A DNA stretch of 64,000 nt from Anolis carolinensis (Eukaryota), in NCBI RefSeq assembly GCF_035594765.1, contig NW_026943823.1, positions 11,222,001-11,286,000 of the forward strand. Reading direction: 5' to 3'. A program made the translations under genes and the position numbers. Of the stretch, positions 14,145-26,800 are shown one piece after another. The notes under the pieces are model-generated. The model was not told the origin of the DNA, made no database searches, and saw nothing but the letters and a program-made list of their open reading frames with translations. The first letter of the stretch is position 1. The number at the start of each line of letters is the position of its first letter.

Positions 14145-14752
14145 TTAAATCTGTTAAAATTATAAAGTGATTTTAAAATACATTAATAAAAGTTTTAAGG
14201 TGTGTCTGAAATGGTTGCTTAGAATATCGGGTGTTTTAAACATTTTAGGAAAAGTAAAATTGGCCACTCTTTCTGATTAGAAGACAATTCATGGAAAGTA
14301 AAATTATAGTTATTTATGGGGTTCAGTTTTCACTTATTCTTATCCCTTGAACAGGATAAAGGTAGGAAAGAGCAAGGCAGGGTAGAATTCAAGTGCAGCA
14401 TTTTCTCTGTCTTACTCATTACAGAGGATATGCGGAATGATGAAAAGATGGAAAGAAAAAAAGATCTATTTACATAAAACGTAATCCACAAACCAAAGTT
14501 AGTCAAGTTAACTTGTGTGTTTCTTTTAAAAGCTGTTCATCGTAAGTGTGTTGTTGGTAAGTCCACATATTTCCTCTTCTGTAAAGATTTGACCTTCTGC
14601 TCTTGAGCTTTTCTGAGTGTCTTTCTGAGCCGAAAGGCCAGAGACAATTCTTTCTGTACCTTAATAAAAGTTGTCTGACTTTTGGGACTGTTTTGTTTCA
14701 CCAGGTGGCTGTGGTGAGAGAAACCATTAATGAATGAACCGTCATTTCAGCT

Positions 14753-14848
14753 ATGATGGCAGACCAGCCACCTCCATTAGAAGCCACACCTATTTTGAAT
14801 GAAGTGCCACTTCTACCTCATATGGTCAATGGGGACACTACGCAACAG
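14753..14848 (+). CDS. FNDC3-like coding exon 1 ([10 protein letters not shown]...NGDTTQQ)
   Basis: Acceptor ccag at 14704, ATG 14753, GC donor CAG|GCAAGT; resembles the FNDC3B N-terminus. Confidence 0.85.
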
Positions 14849-17800
14849 GCAAGTGGACCTGCCTTATAGAAAAATCAATCAAGGTTTTCAATATTAACTG
14901 TAGTTTATCTGATTTCTTCATTCAATCTCCCAGAATCATGACTATTGGTAATAAAGAGAAATCGAAGATTGTTAACTGTGAGTAGCAGAAACATATGGTT
15001 TGGCATGATTTCTACATTTTTCTAAGAATTGATGTTTTAGGAGAAATACCTGGTCTTCACAAACGCAGTAAGAGAAGTATTATAGGCCACATTATACTCA
15101 GTGTATCCACATATTTAGAGTGGTATTTTGACATGTAGTCTAAACATATTAAAGTCTTTGTTCAAGGAGCTGAAAGTAATCTCTCAAGCTTTTGCTACCA
15201 GGCACAGAATGGTACCTCACGACTAGTTTCTAATTTAGATTCTTTGCATAAATTCAACTCCTGAAGGTTTCTACTCTGTGATATTCTAAAAGTAGATTTT
15301 GCTGACGGATCATTTTGATCTTGCTTGCTCTTTGTTTTTGAGGCAGTTGGTACACTAATGTTTTATGGTGGCTGGATAGAAATTAAAAGCTGCTTCAGAT
15401 ATTTTCACTTAAAATTTGTATTCCCTCTGGCTTGATTATGCTGTTACACAATGGAGGGGCAATGCATTTGCACATTTTATATTTGGTTTAATCAGATTCA
15501 GTAAGGCCATTCATAATTGTAGGTAATAAATGGAAGATATTTAGTGGAGATTATTTTTGTAGCCTGGCACTGAGGCTGTAATCTGAGAAAACTAATTTAA
15601 GTAGGCCCCTGTGGTAAAACCTTGAGTGATGGATTTCCTAGCCATATCACAAATTGCATTTGAAATTTTGCTGAGTTGTTGAAAATTGGAGTTTTGTTGG
15701 TTGGAATGGACAGCTGGAATTAGAGAGATACAGATCCAGTGTTTTGGTTGTACTTGTGACATAATGCAGTTTATTTGCACTCCAGGATCTTCTCTGGTTC
15801 CTTCATAGTTTGCAAGTTCTGCTCTTTCTGATCTCTTAACTATGTTCTCCATTTGGAGAAATGTTGAGCATCTTGAACTATTTGTATATCTACACCATCT
15901 ATTACAAATTTATGTAATTAATCTGTGGTCATTATTTGTACCTTAATATTCAACTGCAAACCTGTCTTTGGATTCCCTCCCTTTATTTTATTCAGTAATC
16001 ATTCCAATAATCACTACTATTTTCTGTTAGTAGTATGGTCTCTATTACTTGTGCTTTAATACAAAAGAGTATGCAGTATTGATTAGTCTTTAAGAAATGC
16101 TGGAGTAGGCATGTCTTTACTGTAATGTGGTTGTACCAAGATGGCCCATCATTTTCGTTTTTTGAAGTCACTTGCTCACAGGTATAAACACCAAAGGGAT
16201 TTCTGATATATTTCTCTGAGCTGTAAAATAGATACTCTGTTTTTCTATAAAAATGCATTGTTTGCACATTTTTAAATCACTGTAGAATGTAGTTTGCTTA
16301 ACAGTTCTGGAAAATGATGAAATCTTGGCCTTTTCATCAGCGACCTCTGTTCAGTGAGATGTTTCTAAAATGTTGAGAAAACTGGTTAATCACATAATTT
16401 TTGTGAAATGGAGAACCTTTCTAAATGAATGAAGTTGAATAACTTCCTAATGAAATTCTCTTGCAAAAGAAACAGCTGGTGGTCACAAAACAAATACCAG
16501 TGAAGTTTGCCCAGATTTTTTTCCCTGGGAAATTTATTTAGTGAGTTTTCTGGTAAAGGTTATTTTGAAATCCCACTTTGTAGAAATGATTTAGCAAACA
16601 TTATTTGGTTACCTCTAGGAAGGTATGTTTACTTTATATGTTAAGCTGCTGCCAAGTAAAGCATTCATTTGGCTGAGCTTCCTCTTAATGTCATTTTATA
16701 TATGATAAATGCCACACAATCTAATAAAACCTCTTTAACATTCTAAACTATATGTCATACGAAGTAAAACAGTAAACATTTCAAAACAGTTTATACACTA
16801 GATTGATATATAACAGCAATGTATAAACAGAATAAGGAAATATGATCCTGATTAAGAAAGGTCAACCTAAAACATGTATTGGTACAGTAGAGTCTCACTT
16901 ATCCAACATAAGCGGGCCGACAGAACGTTGGATAAGCGAATATGTTGGATAATATCCAACAGGGCATGTAAGATATACCTGTTTCGACGGGCTTTTGAGT
17001 TCTGTTGTTGATGTTTCAAAAGGTGCTTTTAGCATATAAGTTTGGAAAATAAATAAATAAATAAATAATAAGGAGGGATTAAGGAAAAGCCTATTACACA
17101 TCAAATTAGGTTATGATTTTACAAATTAAGCACCAAAACATCATGTTATACAACAAATTGGACAGAAAAAGTAGTTCAATACGCAGTAATGCTATGTAGT
17201 AATTACTGTATTTACAAATTTAGCACCAAAATACCACGATGTATTGAAAACATTGACTACAAAAATGCGTTGGATAATCCAGAATGTTGGATAAGCGAGT
17301 GTTGGATAAGTGAGATTCTACGGTATTTAAAAGAAAGGTGCCACTTCTGGAGTGGACTGTCTTTGTGATGTTGATTTGGTTGTGGAGCCTTTTTTTATTA
17401 TACAGTTATTATACATTATACAGTAGGACCCAGAGAGATCATTTCATTCAAAACCATGAATAATCAAATCCGCCAAAGTCAAACCCGCAACTATGAAGGA
17501 CCGACTGTATTACAGACATTATAGAAGCGGGGAATAAGAATATTTGAAGCAGAAGCAGATCTCAAATTAGGCCCTTGGTTTCTTTGGAGCTAAATGCAGT
17601 TCTTCCAGTCTTTGGTTGAATGTAGTATTGTAACTTTGCAAGCCCTGAAGTACAGCTGGGAAATGTTTGGCTGGTTCACAGATTCAGAAATGGGTGAGAA
17701 TCTGGACAAATGAGGTAGACATATTTTTGTTTTTTTAGTTCTTGTAGAAATGAGGTTTTTTTTTTTAGTAAGAGGCAAACGGTTTGTCTGTGGCTTTCTG

Positions 17801-20800
17801 GCCATCTCTGACCTTTCTGTCCATATTATCTGATCAGCCCATGCGTCATCCTGGCCCTCTTCGGTGAACAACTTGCTGGTCATAGTTCCTTTGATGGAAT
17901 GCTTTTTAGATCCTTTTGTTTAAAGCAGCTTTGTGAGGTTTTAGAGGGATTAAGCTCAAAATGGGAAGACAAGCTGGCAAAAATTATTAATTGCGTATTC
18001 TATAATAAGCCACTTATTTTGACTTTTTGCTCTGTAGGATAGTACAAAGCATTCCTTATAAATTGGCTGAGAGCAAAAACATAAAAACCAAAGTGCACTG
18101 TGTGCTGAAAATACCATTGGCATATAATGGCAATAAAATATTTGGGTCTGAGAGCCAGGACTTGGATTAGAAGTATTAGCTAGTATTTGAGAGGCTGAAG
18201 GCTATGCACATTTGTGTGAAGGAAGACAGCCGAAGCTGGATTTTTGAAAGGGTAAGAGCTGAGGACATCAACCTTACTGTACAATCATTCCAGCTAGTGG
18301 GTTTTGTTTTGTCTATATTGACTACAGCAGCTCTGAGAGATAGACTGCAAGGACTGGATTTGCGACCTTTTGCATGGGCACCATGACACTTGGTGCTAAG
18401 ATAGGCCCTCTCGGTCTTGGAATTAGGCAATAACCTTGTGGCAATAAGTAATTGTCTGTTTCCAGTGTTTGCACAGTACAGCACAGTGCTATTAGGAAAT
18501 AGCAAGATTAGGGTATGATTCAAAGTGTCATTCTTGCCTTGAGGCAACAGCAGTTTTGAGAAACTGGATGCAAACTACTTGTCTGTGGGCATAGTGTGAG
18601 TATATCTGCAAAGAAAATGCATTGTTTACAAACCATTGAATACAAAAAAAGTCAGTATCCATTTTCTGCTCTGAATACTTCCCATCAGATCTTGTTTATT
18701 TGGGATGAAGTTTCATGGAAACTGATGGAACCTGCTTCCATATAATAAATGTGTTAAGGTGTGCTCATTATGCATCCTGTCTCTTATTGTATATATATGG
18801 TATCCATTACAGTCAGTGTTTCAAATTTTAGCTTGTTTATATCTTTCATAAAATAAACCCAGACACATTGTCACATTTTATTAGCAAACACAAGCCGATG
18901 TTGCATATCAGATGATGATGTCTATTAGAGGGCAACATTTCTGCAGCAACTGTTCTTAGATGGAGAACTCTTCTACCTGTTGTTCATCTCTCGGTGGGAT
19001 ATAGTTAATGCTTCTATAAGATGTTGTGTTATAGAAATGCTAAAGTACCAAAGTGGAATATCATTTTAAAATCTGCCCCAGGAAGCATAAAATGACATAC
19101 ATTCTCTTATTACAGCCCAAGGAAGTTGCCTAAATTCACCTACTGAACTTGCAAAGTTGCAAAAGTTACATCAGTGGCAGATTGTTTAACACTGTTGCAT
19201 TTTTCCCAAGCAGCAATGCCTGATCCAAATTCCAATGCAGCATCATGTAGAGCCTATGCAAATAATAGTAAATAATATGTATTGTTATCAGGGCATGAAG
19301 AACGATCCCCATGTCATATATCCAAACCCTTTGAAGAATAGCATGACAGTAGAACTGGACTAAAACAGCATTTTGATCATAAGTTCAGCAGTGAAAATTG
19401 AATTTGAAACATTGTTTTCTATGTAAACAATTTTAAATCACTTAATGGGGCAAAGTAATATAAAATGGGATACTCATGGCTATAACACATCTGGGTAACT
19501 CCATGTGATCAGGCAGGGAAGATGTTCCAAAACCTTAAAAAATTTTTGTTATGTAACAACAAATGCCAAAGTAGGCAGGTAAGTATATTCTTCTGTAATT
19601 TTATGGACTAATTATAAATCTTCACACTTACTGAGTAGTATATAAACTCAGTATACAACATCTGAACTCAACATTTTTGTTTTGCACAATTTATTTTGGA
19701 AAATAATGTGTTCAAATAAACACATTTATTCATTTATTCATTTCAAATAAAGTTGACATTTAGATTTTTTTCCTCCTGGTTTTCTTTTAGGTTATCCTTG
19801 TGCAAGTAAACCCAGGAGAGACTTTCACAATTAGAACTGAAGATGGACACATTCAGTGTATCCAAGGTAATATTATAATCATAAATGTTTGTGTGAGACA
19901 TGTATTTAAAATAGGCATTCCCAAACTCCAGCTCTCCAGTTGTTTGGGCCTCTAACTCCCAGAAGCGCTAGCCAGCTTCTTCAGTGATCAGGAATTCTGG
20001 AAGTTGAAGACCCAAACAGCTGGAAGACCGCAGTTTGAGGATGCCTGGTTGAAAAGATCCGCTGTTGTCAGTGTTAGCTTTCTGTAGTTGTTCAATGTAC
20101 CCTAAAGCAGGCCATCTTGTGGAATCCTGCCTGGGCTCTGAAATCCTTGGAGGGCCTTCTTTGGTGACACGAGACAGGGCCTTTTCTGTGGCTTCTCCTG
20201 GGATCTGGAACTTCCTCCTTGCTGCTGTTCCATCAGAAGATGGAGATTTCTTTAAACATTATTAAATGTGTGCGGCATTGTTTTAAAAACTTTTAAAAAT
20301 TAATTTCTGTTACAGGTTTCCAACTGCTTCAGTATTGTTAAAAGTTTGATTCCATTCCAATGTTGACTTTCAAATAGTTTTTCACTTATTGTAGTTTGTG
20401 AGATGCCTTGACTCCAAATTTGGAGGGGAAAGGTAGAGTTTACATCATGATGATGATTCATGGTTATCCCCTAGTCCGTATTTCTACATCTGTAGGGCTA
20501 CGCTGCATAATTGTAAAAGTACACAGCAATACATAAACTTGCAGAGGTGCACTTAGAGAGCAATGTCTGCCTCAAAACATCTGTACAGAGAAACCAAGCA
20601 GTATGCTAGTAGGGAAAGCAGATGGCCTGTGGAACCCAAAGTCATGTTGTCAGTCTGATCTAGTAGAAATCTTTCTCATTTCCAGTGTGTGGAACAGTCA
20701 GGTTTTGAACATGAGCAATATGCGTCAAGGAAATGTTATTGGTCGTAGTTCTGTGCAGTCAAAAAACATCTCTGTCAGTTTCTGGCACATTAGTAAAGCT

Positions 20801-23800
20801 TGGGGGGGGGGGGGGAGGCAAGCAGTGAGCAGTAAGATTCCCAGCCTCAATTGCAGGTGAAGTAAATACAAGTGCTTAAAGAAACCTGACATTCAACAGT
20901 TTCTTTCTTCTCATTTTAGATTTACTCTGGTTGATTTCCTTGCAGACAGCAGTCAGTGCTGCCTTGTTTTTTGAATTCATTGCTGTTCATTCCGTAGAAA
21001 GCATACAGTGCGTGGTGGAGCATATTTTGTCCTCAGGTTTTCACAGTACAGAAGACCTATTTTGTCACATTCTCTGGAGTTTCCTCCCTTTCCTAATAAA
21101 TATCCAAAGAATTATCTAATAGTTACCTCAAAGTATTGTACAACATGAAAGCTGAAAAGGAGCCGTGAGCGTCATTTCCTCATGCCTGGGCTTGCTGAGC
21201 TACATCCAAATATTAAGCTATCCAGAACCTGGCAGAGAAAGAAATGCCTTGGGGTTCTTTCTCTGTCACTTCTTATTATCTGTTGTAGTAGTGGGAAGAA
21301 GCATACATTCACTACCAGTGAAGTGAGACATAGTGCGTGTTGTCAGGAGAATTGGGTTTAAGACTGAGGAAATGTTTGATTTTGGCCAGCATAGGAATAC
21401 AAACTGCTCTCTTCTTTGGAGAATATTCTGGGGTGCTTTAAAATATTTCATATTAAAGTGTCTACGTGTCTTTTTGAAGACACTTGATTTAGAGGCCCCT
21501 TTGTCTTGGGCCGTCTTCAGACATTGTGTCAGGCTCTGACTTTGTATTATCAAGGTGAGTCACCCCAGTTGTACACACTGCCCAGTAGTCCTCCTGAATG
21601 ATGTTTACTGATTACTATTTCTGAGTCTTTGTTTACAGCCAGTCCCAGAGTATACTGTTCTTTTTAAATGGCCTTAAGTCTTAAATTGTGGTTGCTTGTA
21701 AACCAGCAAACTCTCACTTTTGACTCCACCAGCCAAACTTTTTCACAATCACAGCTGTCTGGATTGACATTTTCCAGTGACAATGTCAGTCTGCTTTAAA
21801 TCAGGGGCAGGCAAAGTTCACCCCAGCTCATTTTGTGGTCATCAGCCCCTCCAAACTCTGTTGACTTTTCATTCTATCTTCCTTCAAAAACTAACAAATG
21901 GTCTCTTTTGGAAATCATCAGGAACAAAGTCCCTTTTTAAATAGGTTGCAGGGTCCTGGGATGTAACACCACAAACCAATATCAAAGTGTTTGTTTTACT
22001 AAACTGGAACTAGGCTTCCAGTCAATTCTGGTTTGTGTTGTTTTCAAGCATCCAGAAGAAGATGTTAGGGAAGAACGTTAGCACCTCAGATCTGCTGCAA
22101 TTTTGCTCCACAATTTATTCTGTTATTCCATAAAACCTTTTGTTTATTGTTGTTGTGTCTGCAAGTCCACTAGCCATTCTTGGTGTATTATTTTTAATAA
22201 TGTGGTTTTGGAGACTCCTGTACAATAATTTTAAGCTCTTGGATAGATTGGAACATTGCTTAAAAGCTTGTACATAAAAATAATGTGTGTATGCATACAC
22301 ATGGTTGCCATTATGTTATCAGATTGTCAAATGAACTGTGACTGCACCCTCTTTTGTCTAATGTGCAAATATGAATGCTCTGTTGCTTGGTTTCAGGTCC
22401 TGCACATGTTCCGATGATGTCACCAAATGGTTCTGTGCCTCCAATATTTGTGCCTCCTGGCTATGTATCTCAGGTAACTTCTTATGATCTTTTGAATGCT
22501 TTTGCAAGAGAGAAATATTTCTCATGAACAGAAAATGCTCTACTTTACATTGCTGTTCAATAGCTTGAAACAGTAAATGAGACAAAGCAATATTTCATGT
22601 CTTTCATTAGTCATGTTCAGTCTTGCTTTTACTATGGATCTAGCACAGACATAAAATTTCCCAATCCCCCTTATTGTTGTTAGGAAATAAAGAGCATCCA
22701 GCTGCAGAATTGTTAATGTACTACTTTTATCATTTTATCATTAGCTGGGATGATAGCAGGGATTGTGCATTGCATTTCAGTTGCGTAAATTTACATTCAT
22801 GCAGTTAAGTAGCAATTGGACGACACCATCTTCTGAATATACAAAAGCTGTGTTACTTGTGGATGTGATGTTTCACGATCCCATTGGCACTTAATAGTTA
22901 TGTACAATCCAATAATGCTCAACTGAGAATTTGTGGAACTCTGTTTACGCAACTGTGAACCGAATACAGACATTATGGTCTGGCTAATAAGGCACAATCC
23001 TGTGTGTGAAATATAAGCAGGATATTTGCTGATGCTTCACTTAATGCAGCCTTTACTTACTTGTTTGTTTGTTTTGTCAGAGAAGGCTCATGTTCACATA
23101 GGAATAAGTTCTGCCATTAGTTACTCAGAGGTTCTTTTGCCTTTGGTACAGCTTGTTGGCTGTGGTGGACTAATTGCTTCAAGATTCCACTTCAAACCTT
23201 AGGCTCAGTCTTGGAGACATCTGCAGATGGCTCCTAAACACTGAAGTTATGACGTCCGTTCCAATTGGTTCCAATGACTCAGAAGCACTTGGTCTGAGCA
23301 TTGAAGCCTTCCAGGAGGAGGCCTCTCGACTCATGGAACTGAGTCAGCCAGCACCTGGAGCCTTGCTTGTCATCCCATTTTGCATCTGAAAAGGAATCTT
23401 TGCGAACAGCCTGAAATTCCAAACTCTTATCCTTGCTTTTTCTGTGATGCATTAGTAATGCAGTTGAAGAGACAACACCACAGTCTTTAAACATCATTGC
23501 AATAAAATTGAATGCAAATGGTTTTGAGTCCTGTATTGGGAGGAAGGTGTGAAAATAAAGAGTTTTGGTTAATGTGTTGTCGAAGGCTTTCATGGCCTGA
23601 ATCACTGGCTTGCTGTGAGTTTTCTGGACTGTATGGCCATGTTCCAGAAGCAATACAGCCCAGAAAACTCACAGCAACCCAGTGTTGGTTAGGGTAGGGT
23701 CCTTTTTCTTTGTTAGATCTGCTTGCTAGAAGAGAGATGATTAACCATATTGCCAGCTGAGATGAAAAATATTAACTGTGTAGAAATATACTATATATAT

Positions 23801-26800
23801 TCGAGTGTAAGCCGACCCGAATATAAGCTGAGGCACCTAATTTTATCACAAAAAACTGGGAAAACTTATTGACTCAAGTATAAGACGAGGGTGGGAAATG
23901 CAGCAGCTATAGGTAAATTTCAAAAATAAAAATAGATACCAATAAAATTACATTAATTGAGGCATCAGTAGGTTAAATGTTTTTGAATATTTACATAAAA
24001 CCGTAATTTAAGTTAATAGTAAAACTTTAGAATCATAGAATCATAGCGTTGGAAGAGACCTTGTGGTCCATCCAGTCCAACCCCCTGCCAAGAAGCAGGA
24101 AAATCACATTCAAAGCATTTAATAAGATAAGACTGTCCAACTCTGATTACCCATATACTCGAGTATAAGACGACCCAAATATAAACCAGACAGAACTTTC
24201 ATTCGAGTATAAGCCAAAGGACTGGAAAACTCAGCTTGTATTCAAGTATATACGGTGGTTAGATGCATGTTTTAAAATGTGCCTTCCACTATACATCCCA
24301 TAAATGTAAAGACTCACATAGGCTAAATCTGGGAGGACGAAGGCAAGATGAGTCACAGATCAAGAAATTGGGTCTTGAGAATTTGGTTTTGTATAATTCA
24401 AATATATCAGCAAATTGATCTTTTTTTTCAGGTGGTGGAAGAAAATGGAGTTCGGAAGGTGATCGTTATGCCACATTCGACTGAATTCCATCCCTCCATG
24501 CACCCACCTCCTCCACACGTGCCCCATTATATGCACCCTCATCCTGCTTTGCTTCCCCATCCACCTCATCCCGTCTATCCTCCGGTTCCGGGGACAGGAG
24601 AAATACCGCCACAGTTCATTCATCAGCACCCACCGCCGCCCTCGCCACATCTGTACCAAGAACAAGGTAAGGCGTTTGCTGGTGAGAGGGAATGCAAGGT
24701 TGTGCTCAGCCTAGAAGGAGGACTGAGGCTAGCTGATGAATTGGCTGCTCACCAAGGTATGATGGCCTTCCATAATATCGTACATTTACAGCTTGGCCCT
24801 ATTTGGGGATCTTAGTCACATTTTAGAAAGGAAGGGAAAGGGCACTAACTTCTCCCATTAAGCAGTCATCTTATGAGGAGGGATTTTTTTCCTATGAGGG
24901 AGTAAACATAGGTTATTGGTATCACTGCTCACCCAAGTGTTAAAAAAGAACAGGCTTTGCTTTCTAGCCTGCTGCTGACATTTTTTTACGAATTGGAAGG
25001 AGATACAGGTGGGAAATTTAAACCTAAGTTTGCAGTACTTCTTTCCTCTCTCAGTATGTCCTTTGTGGGATGTTTTATGTAAAGATCTTCTTGGAATTAA
25101 CCCACTTCTCTCGTTTTCATTTTCCCCTATTGAAGATACAAAATAATTTGAAAAAACTGGTGGTTTGCCAGAAGAACTCTATTCAGTTTCTGTGTTACAT
25201 TTCTAATCAATCTAAACCTTGACAAATTGTAAATTTGTTGTGTGTGTGTGTGTGTTAAAGATTATAAATGCAATTTTAATTCCATGTAATTTGATCTCTC
25301 TCTCTTTCTTTTTTGTTGATGGTTCTTTAGAGTCGCGTTCCCATGGCAGAACGAATTTTGTTCAGCGGGATGAAAGGACTCTCAAAATGCAGGAGCATTT
25401 GAAGAAAAGGCTAAAAGACCGGCAAGCGAGTGGACATACAAATAATAAAGTGAACAGTCCTCCTTCCTCACCTCATAAAGTTACCCATTCCTCCAGCACC
25501 AATGTCCAGAATGGATTAGGAAAGGGACAACAAGGAGCAGGAGGGCAAATCAAGCAGAAGCAAGTAGGAAAAGCCAGGGGAAGCCCCGTCCCATCAGGCG
25601 ATTCAGGAATGGGAGGTATGTGGAAATCATTTTGAAAATTGATAAAATACAAACTTTCACTTCAGTGCTGTCTTTCTTGCAAACTCTGTTGACTTTTTGT
25701 CAAATTTTGCAAAACAGGCATTTTAGAAAGTGAGACTTTACAGGTAGATTAAACTACTGCTGGTCAAGAGCAAAGGAGCAAATTCAGCACTTAAGCCCAG
25801 TTGCCAAAATTGTATATGTGATTTGGTTTGACCAGTCATAGAGTGAAGAAATGCATTAGGAAACTATATTATATGTCAGTGTAGATGGGACCTAAGTCTT
25901 GTGTAACTAGAAAAGCTAACGGAATGATCTGAAAATATGAACATGCAAATTATACATGGGTTTACCTTTGGGATGTTTAAATGTCATTGTTGTAAGTTCA
26001 GCCTTAATTTTCAAAAGCTGAAACTGTCTTACAGGCAGATCAACAGCAGCCCTTTGTGGAAATGTTTTGCTTATTGTTTGCTAGGTAGCAAATTTCAAGT
26101 ACTGTAATGAATATTTCTCAAAGTCTTTCTCAGGGTGTAAGCAAAGCAAAACAGTCTTAGCTATGTCTCCAAAATAATCTAGTAGGTAGAAAGCTTACTG
26201 TTGGCATGTCAGTGCATTAGAATGATCAAATTGCATCAGCAAAAGAGAAATTGCACCAAGCAAAGCGAAAGGAAGTCTGGGCAGTTAGGTTCCTTCTGCT
26301 CAGTTTGCATACTTAGCAAATTCAGTGGTCAAAATAAACCAAAGCAATGAACTTTGCACAGGATGTACTCTTGTTTTTCTAATGCAATCTTCATAGTTCA
26401 GGTCACAGTTAGATAAGAAATGTTTTGATGGGGATTTTTGTTCATCTTGTCCTTCCATTCAACATAGGTTGTTGGTTGTTTTTTTTCTTTTGCAGAATCT
26501 GACACAGAATCTAGAAAATCTGAAGAGCTTTTAAGTTTCAGTAAGCCTACTGTAAGTGCATTATTTCCATACTTTCTAAGAATTTTCTTGCCCCACTCAG
26601 TAGTGTTTACAGTGCTCAGCTAAAATATAAAGGGTTTTTATATTTTCAGCAGAATTATCTGAGGGCAAGGAGAAATTTTGTAGCTGTAATGCCTCTGCAG
26701 AAAATGCCTCTCTGTAACTTGGTAATACAGATCTTATCAAGGTAGTGTAAGAATTGTGTTTTCAGATCCTTGACCTTGCAGAGAGATGTTAAGAAATAAA

